A stretch of DNA of 20,000 nt from Ferroacidibacillus organovorans (lineage in GTDB: Bacteria; Bacillota; Bacilli; Alicyclobacillales; SLC66). The stretch spans positions 110,486 through 130,485 of the forward strand of contig NZ_LSUQ01000003.1 of assembly GCF_001642725.1 (NCBI RefSeq). The letters run 5' to 3'. The notes beneath the pieces were generated by a model. It saw nothing but the letters and a program-made list of their open reading frames with translations, did no database searches and was not told where the DNA came from. The translations under genes and the position numbers were made by a program. Positions 1-8,211 of the stretch are shown piece by piece (the stretch's first letter is position 1; each line of letters begins with the position of its first letter).

Positions 1-2
1 GT

Positions 3-584
3 TTCACAGACCTTTATCCGCAAGTGCGCGTTCATCTTCTTGAGGAGACGACAGAGCGCCTGGAAGAGTTGACCGTAACAGGCGCCACTGATTTGACGAT
101 TTTGGCGCTGCCGATTCACGATTCTCGACTTTCTGTAAAGCCGCTGCTCACAGAGCGAATCGTGATCGCGTTGCCGACCGCTGCGCCTTCGTGGGGAAAA
201 GCGTATCTGCCCGCTGCGCCGTTTGAAATTGATTTGGAACAGGTGGCCGCTGCGCCGTTTATTTTATTGAAGCGTGGGTATGGATTTCGCCAGACCTGCC
301 TGACGCTGTGCGCAGAGCGCGGCTTCACCCCCAAAATTGCCTTTGAGACAAGCAGTGTGGAAACGGCGCAGGCGCTTGTGGCGGCGGGGCTTGGCGTCAC
401 GATGATTCCAGAGATGGTCATGCGGACGGATGACCCTGCTTTGCATTTTGCAGAGCTTTCGACGCGACCGACGCGGACGCTTGTTTTTGCGTACGTCAAG
501 GATCGTTTTTTGAGTATGGCGGCACGGCGTTTTATGGCGCTTTACGAAGAGACTCAGGATTCGCTGCGTGCGCCACGCTCATGA
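3..584 (+). CDS. LysR-family transcriptional regulator, C-terminal substrate-binding domain (5'-truncated by the window edge)
   Basis: The frame is open from position 3 (FTDLYPQVRVHLLEE...). LysR PBP2 hallmarks are present: DLTIL, PLLTERIVIALP, FILLKRGYGFR, GFTPKIAFETSSVETAQALVAAGLGVTMIP. The HTH lies upstream of the window. Confidence 0.92.
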   Translation, partial: FTDLYPQVRVHLLEETTERLEELTVTGATDLTILALPIHDSRLSVKPLLTERIVIALPTAAPSWGKAYLPAAPFEIDLEQVAAAPFILLKRGYGFRQTCLTLCAERGFTPKIAFETSSVETAQALVAAGLGVTMIPEMVMRTDDPALHFAELSTRPTRTLVFAYVKDRFLSMAARRFMALYEETQDSLRAPRS

Positions 585-1056
585 CGCTGCTGAGTGGAAG
601 TGAAATGTCTTCGACGCCGTGAAGTTTGATTTGTGTTCCGTCAAATCCTGAAAAAACACCTTGAAAGCGTCCACCTTGTGTCAGGATGGAGACGGGTTTT
701 TGCTGGAATTGATCCATCAGGTAGCGCGCGATGGTTCGCATGTGTGGGGGGAGCGTTTTCCACGCCCCGTCTGGCGTATTCTGCGAGAGGCTGACAGGAC
801 TGGATGCGGTGACGATACGCCCTCTTCCGTCCTTGCTGCGCGGGCGAGTGGCGAGTGGCGTGCCCATCTGCTCCTTTTTTTTGAGAAAAGACTGTAAGGG
901 CTCTGACGGAGTTTCGTCGCGCTTTACTTCAGGATCTCTTACGTGGCGCGCGGAGTTTGGTGTACGCTCTTCTGTTGCGTCGATCGTGTCTGAAGTTGCG
1001 GAGGGTTTTGATACAGCAAGAAAGACGGTAGGCCGCGAAGGGGTTGATCGTTTCAC
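532..1056 (-). CDS. Hypothetical protein with a low-complexity N-terminus and a C-terminal small beta-rich (Sm-like/spore-coat-like) domain
   Basis: The ORF track gives 532..1146. GTG at 1056 is preferred because it has GGGAG 10 nt upstream and lies downstream of a sigmaK-like promoter. The C-terminus KPVSILTQGGRFQGVFSGFDGTQIKLHG..ISLPLSSVMSV has an Sm-like pattern. The ORF overlaps the LysR 3' end by 53 nt. Confidence 0.6.
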   Translation of the reverse strand: MKRSTPSRPTVFLAVSKPSATSDTIDATEERTPNSARHVRDPEVKRDETPSEPLQSFLKKKEQMGTPLATRPRSKDGRGRIVTASSPVSLSQNTPDGAWKTLPPHMRTIARYLMDQFQQKPVSILTQGGRFQGVFSGFDGTQIKLHGVEDISLPLSSVMSVAHAANPESLRKAP

Positions 1057-1102
1057 TCGTCTCACGCTCCCGGAATAAACCTCGTAGTGATAGGATCTTG
1101 CT

Positions 1103-1131
1103 AATCTTATGCCGCATCGTCTTCCGCTGTG
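1103..1131 (-). promoter_or_regulatory. Putative sigmaK (mother-cell sporulation) promoter
   Basis: The minus strand reads CACA-N16-CATAAGATT, matching the B. subtilis sigmaK consensus mACm-N16-CATAnnnT(A). Confidence 0.5.
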
Positions 1132-1211
1132 AATCAGACGGATCACTTTCTCTCGCGATGTTCCTTTGGAGGCAGGAATTCAGTGGAATTGTGACGAATT
1201 TCTTAGGGTGA

Positions 1212-1227
1212 GTGCAATCGATTGCAC
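1212..1227. promoter_or_regulatory. LacI-family (MalR-type) operator upstream of the GH15 gene
   Basis: Perfect 16-bp palindrome GTGCAATCGATTGCAC with a central CG, typical of LacI-family sites. Related sites lie upstream of malE. Confidence 0.75.
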
Positions 1228-1312
1228 AACGCGCTTTTCAGGTCCCATCGCAGCGTTGAAAAAATGTCGATTCTGCGCTGTGAAGTGTTGATGTGGTTGG
1301 CAGTGAGAAGGG

Positions 1313-3289
1313 ATGAGAGTCTTGCAAAAGCCGCACCTCTACAGTGGAATTATCGGGGATGGACAGATGTTAGCCGCGCTTTCAGCGCGAGGTGAACTCT
1401 TGCGTATTTTTTGGCCGCACATCGATTATGCACAACAGCTTGAGAGGTTTCACGTCGGTGTGCATGAACCTGATCAACCGATCGAATGGTTTCATACGCA
1501 ACCGGCGTTTCAGACCTATCTTGGCGAGAGCAATGTTCTCGTGACAGAGTATGAGATTGGCACGCTTTCGCTTTCCGTGACGCAACAGGATGTTATCGCG
1601 CATCGCGCGAACGGTGTGGTGCGCCACGTGACGATGAAAAATACGGGAACAAACGCTCGCCAACTCATAGGGAAGGCACTGCTGGTCACGCAATTGGGAG
1701 AGCATGAACGTAGTCAAGCGGTACGCTACAATCCAGCGGAATCTATGATTGTGCACTATCGACGCGACACGTTCTGTGCTTTCTCGATGCGAGAAGCGGT
1801 GTTCGGTTTCTCATGCGGTGACACGTCAGAAGCACTCGCCTATGACACGCTGCTTGGCACGCTCGAGAACCTGGGAGCGGACAGTGTGCTCGCGACCTCG
1901 TTTGGCGTGATTGAACCCGGCGAGACGCGCACATGGACGATGTATTTGGCATTTGGCCGCGATCAAAAAGAGGCGGCGGCGCGAATGGCGCATTTGAAAG
2001 CGACGCCCGCGCACACATGGATCGAAAGGAGCGTGCAGGAGAGCGCGCAGTTTCTCGCTCAGGCAAAGTCGATCTCGAGTGGGAATGAACGACTGGATCG
2101 TCTCTATCGGAGATCACTCCTCGCGTTTTCGCTGTTGCTTGATCACGAGCGCGGCGGAATGATCGCGGCGCCTGAGTTTGATCCAGCCTGGCAGGCGTGC
2201 GGAGGATACGGATACTGTTGGGGGCGCGATGCGGCGTATATAGCGACGGCGCTTTTGCAGGCTGGGTATACCGCACAGAGTGAAGCATTTTACGCGTGGA
2301 TGCTCACCGCGCAGGATGAGGACGGAAAATGGGATCATCGTCACTGGCTGAACGGAACGGTGGCGCCGTCCTGGGGCTATCAGGCTGACGAGACAGCAAG
2401 CGTTGTGTGGGGGATGTGGCGGCACTTTCAGGTGACGCGTGATGCTGCTTTTTTACGACGCGTGTATCCGGCCATGCAGCGCGCGGCGAACCATTTGCTC
2501 GCGACGCTTGATGTGGAGAGCGGTTTGCCGCGCGAATCAATCGACTTGTGGGAAGAACGGTTTGCGCAGCACACCTATTCATCCGCAGCCGTGCACGCCG
2601 CGCTTTTATGCGCGGTGGAAGCATCTTGTGAAGTAGCGGGGGACAAAGTGTCGCGTAACGCGTGGCGAGAGGCAGCTGAGCGGATCGGCAGGTCCATCGA
2701 TCAAACGTTGTGGAATGAAGCGCGCAGCTGTTTTTATCGGAGTCGGCGTCTTCATCTTCGCGATGCGCACACCCATAGACCTGTCGTAGATGGTAAAGTC
2801 GTTTTCACGGAGCTTGACGTGTATGGGTATACGCGCGTGATTCAGTCGTTTGATGAAGTCGTTGACGCGAGTTTGCTCGGACTGTCCTATCCGTTTGCAT
2901 TCTTGAAACCTTCTGATCAGCGCGCCGTGCAGGTTGCAGATGCCGTACGAGAAGCGCTCTGGGCACCGCGCGTGGGTGGGATCCTGCGCTACGAGAATGA
3001 TGCGTATGTCGGTGGAAATCCATGGATTTTGACCACGCTGTGGATGGGGTTAGATGCACTTCGTCGCGCGGATGAGGCAACGGCTGACGAGATGCTATCC
3101 TGGGCGGCAGAGCACGCGACGGAGCTTGAACTCTTCCCAGAACAGGTCGATCGAGAGACGGGTGAGACGCGGTGGGTTGTACCCCTCACATGGTCGCACG
3201 CGATGTTCGTTTTGCTTATGCTTGAGCGCTATGGAAAGAAGGATCAATCAGCCGCGCTGTCTTCGTCTGCACTCCTACATCAATCCTGA
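1313..3289 (+). CDS. Glycoside hydrolase family 15 (glucoamylase / glucan 1,4-alpha-glucosidase), apparently cytoplasmic
   Basis: GH15 motifs YGYCWGRDAAY, DLWEER (catalytic acid region), LFPEQVD (catalytic base region) and PLTWSHAMF. N-terminal IIGDGQML beta-sandwich region. No signal peptide visible. Confidence 0.92.
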   Translation: MRVLQKPHLYSGIIGDGQMLAALSARGELLRIFWPHIDYAQQLERFHVGVHEPDQPIEWFHTQPAFQTYLGESNVLVTEYEIGTLSLSVTQQDVIAHRANGVVRHVTMKNTGTNARQLIGKALLVTQLGEHERSQAVRYNPAESMIVHYRRDTFCAFSMREAVFGFSCGDTSEALAYDTLLGTLENLGADSVLATSFGVIEPGETRTWTMYLAFGRDQKEAAARMAHLKATPAHTWIERSVQESAQFLAQAKSISSGNERLDRLYRRSLLAFSLLLDHERGGMIAAPEFDPAWQACGGYGYCWGRDAAYIATALLQAGYTAQSEAFYAWMLTAQDEDGKWDHRHWLNGTVAPSWGYQADETASVVWGMWRHFQVTRDAAFLRRVYPAMQRAANHLLATLDVESGLPRESIDLWEERFAQHTYSSAAVHAALLCAVEASCEVAGDKVSRNAWREAAERIGRSIDQTLWNEARSCFYRSRRLHLRDAHTHRPVVDGKVVFTELDVYGYTRVIQSFDEVVDASLLGLSYPFAFLKPSDQRAVQVADAVREALWAPRVGGILRYENDAYVGGNPWILTTLWMGLDALRRADEATADEMLSWAAEHATELELFPEQVDRETGETRWVVPLTWSHAMFVLLMLERYGKKDQSAALSSSALLHQS

Positions 3290-3298
3290 TTTGGTTTG

Positions 3299-3349
3299 AA
3301 TCACAAAGCCCCTCTGCGTGCTGCATGCACACAGAGGGGCTTTGTGATT
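3299..3349. terminator. Long hairpin, probably a bidirectional terminator between the convergent GH15 and lacI genes
   Basis: Perfect 18-bp inverted repeat AATCACAAAGCCCCTCTG (3299-3316) / CAGAGGGGCTTTGTGATT (3332-3349), plus an inner GTGC/GCAC pairing. Confidence 0.8.
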
Positions 3350-3374
3350 ATGCGTCGATGGGATCTTGGCGCAG

Positions 3375-4433
3375 TCACTTTGATTTAGATTCGTCACCTT
3401 GCAACTGGGTGAGCGGATCCCAGGCGCCGCATGAGCGCCGAATGACAAGCTGGTGTTCGATGATTTGGTGCTTCGGTCCACGCACGCTCCCCTGAATTTC
3501 ATCGAGCAGCAGATGGGTCGCCTGTACACCTAATTCATAGATGTTTACATTGACGGTTGTCATCGGTGGATTGGACAATTTCGCGAGAGGAATATCGTTA
3601 AATCCGACGATTGCCAGGTCATCCGGGATGCTATAGCCAAGCTCTCCCGCTGCACGCATCGCGCCAAACGCGAGCACGTCATCTGACGCGACGACGGCCG
3701 TCGGCCGCTCAGCGAGGGCGAGCAGGCGCATCATTCCGGAGTAGCCCACATCTTCCAGAAATTCGCCAGAAACGATACACTGCGGGTCAAGTTTCAGGTC
3801 TGCTTCAAAAAGCGCGTCACTATAGCCGCGCAAGCGATCGAGGCTGACGACGAGTTCCTGGGAGCCACCGATGTACCCGATTCGTCGATGCCCCATGCGA
3901 ATGAGATGCTGGGTCATATCGTGTGCGGCTAGACGGTTGTCATTGTTGATCCAAGAGATCGGCAAGGAATTGAAGGGTCGTCCAATCAACACGGACGGAA
4001 TTCTCAGTTCTGTGACCAATTCAAGCAACGGATCGGTTGTTCTTGAGGTCAGAAGGATCATGCCGTCAACGCGCTTGCTGCGGATCAGTTTTTCCAAGCG
4101 ATCGACATCGTTCAACCCGTGTAGCGCGGTCGACAAGAAGATGTCGTAGCCGGCGTGTTGGGCGACTTGAGTAATGCCGCGCAGCACCTCCGGGAAAAAG
4201 GGATTCAGATAAAATTGTTCGATGGTGCTTGGAATTAAGAGCCCGATGACTTCGGAACTTCGTTTGACAAGACTGCGCGCGATGGCATTCGGGTGATAGT
4301 CCATCTCTTTCATGATCAGGCGAACGCGGTCGCGCGTCTCTTGACTAATGCGCGGGTGGTTCGCGATGACACGTGAAACAGTGGATGGACTGACCCCGGC
4401 CTGCATCGCGACGTCTTTGATGTTAACGCCCAT
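3375..4433 (-). CDS. malR: LacI-family repressor of the maltodextrin locus (MalR/MdxR-like)
   Basis: HTH NIKDVAMQAGVSPSTVSRVI, hinge YHPNAIARSL, and C-terminal IPDDLAIVGFNDI..PPMTTV. The start was moved to ATG 4433 (MGVNIKD), which overlaps the end of the GH13 gene. Confidence 0.9.
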   Translation of the reverse strand: MGVNIKDVAMQAGVSPSTVSRVIANHPRISQETRDRVRLIMKEMDYHPNAIARSLVKRSSEVIGLLIPSTIEQFYLNPFFPEVLRGITQVAQHAGYDIFLSTALHGLNDVDRLEKLIRSKRVDGMILLTSRTTDPLLELVTELRIPSVLIGRPFNSLPISWINNDNRLAAHDMTQHLIRMGHRRIGYIGGSQELVVSLDRLRGYSDALFEADLKLDPQCIVSGEFLEDVGYSGMMRLLALAERPTAVVASDDVLAFGAMRAAGELGYSIPDDLAIVGFNDIPLAKLSNPPMTTVNVNIYELGVQATHLLLDEIQGSVRGPKHQIIEHQLVIRRSCGAWDPLTQLQGDESKSK

Positions 4434-6201
4434 ACGGATCACGGCCTGTCTTTGCGTAGAGTAGCGCGGTATACGGCGGAATGGAAAGCGATTTGCCTTT
4501 TGATAATGTTTCCGGTCCATCGCCCGTGACACGAGTGTACATCACATCTCCGATGAGCGCATCCGTTACAGTGATCACCTGTTCATTTGCGGTGCTGTTC
4601 ACGAGTGCGACCAACTGTTCAGCGCTCTGTTCACAGCGGCGCAGATAGGCACATACGTTTAGATTGTCGCGTGACAAAAGGGGGCGGTAGGCACCGTCGC
4701 GCAATGCGCGAAACTGCTTTCGCAGCGCGATCAGCGTCTGATAGTGCTCGAACAGCGAAAGGTTTTGCCGAACATGTTCCCACACCATCCCGCCGCGACA
4801 AAGCGGGTCATTTTCGCCCGTCATGCCGACCTCGTCGCCATAATAGAGAAGCGGCGCGCCGAACATGGTGAACTGGATAAAACTCGCGAGTTTTGCGCGC
4901 GCTGTGTCCCCATCGCAGAGCGTGAGCAGTCGTGCCGTGTCGTGTGAATCGAGTAGACACCAGAGGGTTTTAAGGACATGCTCTGGATAGAGGGAACGTA
5001 TTTTTTCGACGCGATACAGAAATTCTCCAGCGTGGATGGTCGCGGTCGCAACGTAGTCGAGGATGGCGCGACCGAGCGGGTAGTTCATCACAGCGTCAAA
5101 TTCGTCTCCGCGTAGCCACGGCGTGGCAACTTGCCAAATTTCGCCACAAATCAATGCGTCAGGGTTTTCCGCTTTGATCGCTCTGCGGAAGATTTTCCAA
5201 AAGGTGTGCTCCACTTCATCGGATACGTCAAGGCGAAAGCCGTCGACGCCTGTCTCGCGCATCCAGTGCGTGCCGACGTTACAAAGCATCTGCTCTACAG
5301 CGGGGTGTGCCGTTCGCCACTTTGGCATGTTTGCCACGTAGCCGAAGGTCTCGTAATTTAAGGCTTCGGGAGAGAGCGGCCAGTTGCGCGCGATAATCTG
5401 TGAAGCATAAGGGGAGTCTGCACCTTTCTCAAGTAAATCTTGAAAAACGGGATGCTGTGCGCCCATGTGATTGAATACGGCGTCGAGCACGACGCGAATG
5501 CCACGATCATGGCACGCGTCGACGAGACGCTTTAGGTCTTCTGTGCTGCCAAAATGCGGATCAATGTGAAAATAGTCGACGGTGTCATACTTGTGATTGG
5601 ACGGAGCGTGAAACACAGGCGTCATGTACAAGACATCTACGCCGAGGGCGGTAAGGTGATCCAGTTTCGCGAGGATGCCTGGTAAATCACCGCCAAAAAA
5701 GGCGTCCGCAGTCGGCGTCGCATCCCAGTCAGATAAGGTGTGATCGTTTGGGACTGTGCCACTTCGATAAAACCTTTCGGGGAAAATTTGGTAATAAACA
5801 GCGCCTTTCGTCCACTCTGGCGGTGAAAAGTGATCCCGTTCGCCAAGATAGGGAACTTCAAAAGCGTCCGCGTCACTCGGTTCTTCACGAGAAACACCGT
5901 TGCGAGAGTAGAAATATGTCTCTTCAGTCGTGTGAATGCGGAAAAAATAGCGGAAACGTTTGCTGACGCGCGCAAGCTGTGCTTGAAACTGCACGAGTTC
6001 TTCGTCTTCATAGGCATACAATTGTGCCGAAATGTCTTCGCTTGTCGCTTCGCGTTTGAATTTATCGTAGTGGGTTACGGTGACAGAGTCGACAAGCGAG
6101 GGCACGCGAAGACGAACCACGAGAGTTTCGCCGTCCGCATAGGCATAAGGTTCAACGGATTCGTGATAGGTTGCGAGACGAAGGTCGCGTAAAACTGACA
6201 C
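4423..6201 (-). CDS. GH13 neopullulanase / cyclomaltodextrinase / maltogenic amylase (GH13_20-like)
   Basis: Motifs YQIFPERF, FFGGDLPG, SNHKYDT, LDAVFNH, MPKW, DGFRLDVSDEV (nucleophile), GEIW (acid/base) and LDSHD. An N-terminal CBM34-like domain is present. GTG start with AAGGAGG RBS at 6210-6216. Confidence 0.93.
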   Translation of the reverse strand: MSVLRDLRLATYHESVEPYAYADGETLVVRLRVPSLVDSVTVTHYDKFKREATSEDISAQLYAYEDEELVQFQAQLARVSKRFRYFFRIHTTEETYFYSRNGVSREEPSDADAFEVPYLGERDHFSPPEWTKGAVYYQIFPERFYRSGTVPNDHTLSDWDATPTADAFFGGDLPGILAKLDHLTALGVDVLYMTPVFHAPSNHKYDTVDYFHIDPHFGSTEDLKRLVDACHDRGIRVVLDAVFNHMGAQHPVFQDLLEKGADSPYASQIIARNWPLSPEALNYETFGYVANMPKWRTAHPAVEQMLCNVGTHWMRETGVDGFRLDVSDEVEHTFWKIFRRAIKAENPDALICGEIWQVATPWLRGDEFDAVMNYPLGRAILDYVATATIHAGEFLYRVEKIRSLYPEHVLKTLWCLLDSHDTARLLTLCDGDTARAKLASFIQFTMFGAPLLYYGDEVGMTGENDPLCRGGMVWEHVRQNLSLFEHYQTLIALRKQFRALRDGAYRPLLSRDNLNVCAYLRRCEQSAEQLVALVNSTANEQVITVTDALIGDVMYTRVTGDGPETLSKGKSLSIPPYTALLYAKTGRDPYGR

Positions 6202-6232
6202 GGAGAAAACCTCCTTGCATGGAATGGCTCAA

Positions 6233-7111
6233 TCAGCCTTTGACAGAACCGGCGACGAGACCGGAGACGATCCATTTTTGAAATACGGCGTAGAGCACTG
6301 TGAGCGGGACGGCGGCGAGCAGCGCTGCGGCAGAGAACTCCGTCCAGTTTTTCGCGAATTGCCCTTGGATAAATTGGAAGAGCCCAATCGGAAGCGTATA
6401 GTTTGATGGTGATTGAAGGATCGTCGAACCGAGCAGAAACTCGTTGAATGAACCGATAAACGTGAAAAGAAAGATGACGACAAGCATCGGGACGGATAAC
6501 GGCAGAATGATCCGCAAATAGATCTGCATCGAGTTTGCGCCATCCATCACGGCTGCCTCGTCCAGTTCGCGCGGAATTGTATCGAGGTAACCTTTGAGCA
6601 GCCAGATGTTAAACGCGCTTCCTCCAGCTTGAACAAGCACGTAGATGTACAGATTGTCCAGCAGATTGAGCTGAGTCAAGACGGCGAGAATCGCTGAGAC
6701 GGCGAGAGCATTTGGAAACATTTGCAGAAGTAAAAGGGTCATCAATCCGTATTTGCGACCAAAAAACCTCATGCGACTAAAGGCGTACGCAGAGGTTGCC
6801 GTAAATGCAAGCTGTACAGCGCCTAGGAGTATACCGACGATGAGACTGTTTTTCATCCACGTCAAAAAACTTGTCTGTGTAAGCAGTGCCCAATAGTTTT
6901 GCAGTGTGATGGAGCGCGGAAAGAGATTTCCTGAAAAGAAGGATTGTCCTCCCTTGAGAGACGCGAGAAGAACAAAATAGATAGGGAACATCGCGAGAAG
7001 GATAAAAAACCAGACAATGATTCGCGACACCCACAAAACGAAACGTTGGCCGGGCGCGAGCGATTTTTTCTTTGGCGAAAGGGTGGGAGCGCTTGTTGCA
7101 AGGGATGACAT
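6233..7111 (-). CDS. malG: Maltose/maltodextrin ABC transporter permease (MalG/MalD-like)
   Basis: Hydrophobic protein with EAA loop IPRELDEAAVMDGAN and C-terminal FQKWIVSGLVAGSVKG. GGAGG RBS at 7121-7125. Confidence 0.9.
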   Translation of the reverse strand: MSSLATSAPTLSPKKKSLAPGQRFVLWVSRIIVWFFILLAMFPIYFVLLASLKGGQSFFSGNLFPRSITLQNYWALLTQTSFLTWMKNSLIVGILLGAVQLAFTATSAYAFSRMRFFGRKYGLMTLLLLQMFPNALAVSAILAVLTQLNLLDNLYIYVLVQAGGSAFNIWLLKGYLDTIPRELDEAAVMDGANSMQIYLRIILPLSVPMLVVIFLFTFIGSFNEFLLGSTILQSPSNYTLPIGLFQFIQGQFAKNWTEFSAAALLAAVPLTVLYAVFQKWIVSGLVAGSVKG

Positions 7112-7112
7112 A

Positions 7113-8072
7113 TCAATCCGCCTCCTGAAATGCGCCAGACGCCTTCATCTGAATGAGGCTGATGACGCCAACGAGAATGAAAACCATAACAGAGAGTGCT
7201 GCCGCGATTTCAAATTTGTTGAAGGTGAGCGACATCTTGTATGCGGCGCTGATCAGTATGTCGGTATACCCGGCAAACTGTGTGTCTGGTCGCGCTGGGC
7301 CGCCTTGGGTCAACGCGTAGATTGCATTGAAGTTATTAAAGTTAAACGCAAAACTCGGGATGATCAACGGAATGGTAATCTTCCAGATGGCCGGGATGGT
7401 GACGTAAAAAAACTGCTGCCACCAATTGGCGCCGTCAATCTGTGCAGCTTCATACAAATCTTTCGGGACAGCCTGAAGCGCGCCAAGACTAACACTCATC
7501 ATATAGGGATAACCGAGCCATAAATTGACGAGCAGCACAGAGATTTTTGCCCAGAATGGATCGGTGAGCCACGGAATTGCATGGATTCCGAAAAGGTGTA
7601 GAAATTGATTGATCGGTCCATAATCTTTATTGAGCAGGTTTGACCAGCTTAATTGGGTAATTAGAGCTGGAACGGCCCAAGGAACGATAAGGATGGCGCG
7701 ATAGATGTTTGACTCTTTCATGTGTTCATTGTTCAGCAGCACTGCAACGAACAGCCCGACCAGATAGTTTGCCAGCGTCGTCGTTACTGCAAAAACGATC
7801 GTCCAGACAAAGACCGGTTCGAAGACGCTCAGATAGGGTCCATTGATAATGTCGATAAAATTTTGCAGTCCAACAAATTGATAGGATGTAAAATGATACA
7901 TGTCAAAGTTTGTAAACGCGATATACACGGTGTACAGAAGGGGTGCAATTCCGAGTATCGCGATGGAGATCAACGCGGGCCCTAAGTAAAGATAGGCGAC
8001 GGGTTGGTTTTTACGTCGCGTCTTCTTTTTTTGTGCGGGTGAAACTTCGGGTGTTGCGGTCATCATCGCCAC
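7113..8072 (-). CDS. malF: Maltose/maltodextrin ABC transporter permease (MalF/MalC-like)
   Basis: EAA loop DLYEAAQIDGAN, plus YRAILIVPWAVP, VNLWLGYPYMM and FAFNFNNFNAIY. GTG start with AAGGAGG RBS. Confidence 0.9.
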   Translation of the reverse strand: MAMMTATPEVSPAQKKKTRRKNQPVAYLYLGPALISIAILGIAPLLYTVYIAFTNFDMYHFTSYQFVGLQNFIDIINGPYLSVFEPVFVWTIVFAVTTTLANYLVGLFVAVLLNNEHMKESNIYRAILIVPWAVPALITQLSWSNLLNKDYGPINQFLHLFGIHAIPWLTDPFWAKISVLLVNLWLGYPYMMSVSLGALQAVPKDLYEAAQIDGANWWQQFFYVTIPAIWKITIPLIIPSFAFNFNNFNAIYALTQGGPARPDTQFAGYTDILISAAYKMSLTFNKFEIAAALSVMVFILVGVISLIQMKASGAFQEAD

Positions 8073-8153
8073 GGCAGGGCCTCCTTTATCTCCGCGGAGT
8101 TTTGTAGCACATCTAGGTGTGCTGGTTCAATTCGTGTCGTACAGGATGGTTTG

Positions 8154-8194
8154 AAAAAAGAGCAGAGACACCCGCATGCGATGTCTCTGCATCT
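8154..8194 (-). terminator. Intra-operonic rho-independent terminator/stabilising hairpin after malE
   Basis: The minus strand reads GCAGAGACA-TCGCATGCGGG-TGTCTCTGC followed by TCTTTTTT. Confidence 0.75.
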
Positions 8195-8211
8195 CGTTTC
8201 GAGCGGTAGTA

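Noticed and set aside
4434..4532. Long N-terminal extensions in the ORF track (lacI from 4532; also GT2 from 13102, gerPC from 11633, queF from 14385)
   Set aside because: Except for queF they overlap upstream genes. In each case a downstream start fits the domain boundary better, usually with a clear RBS.
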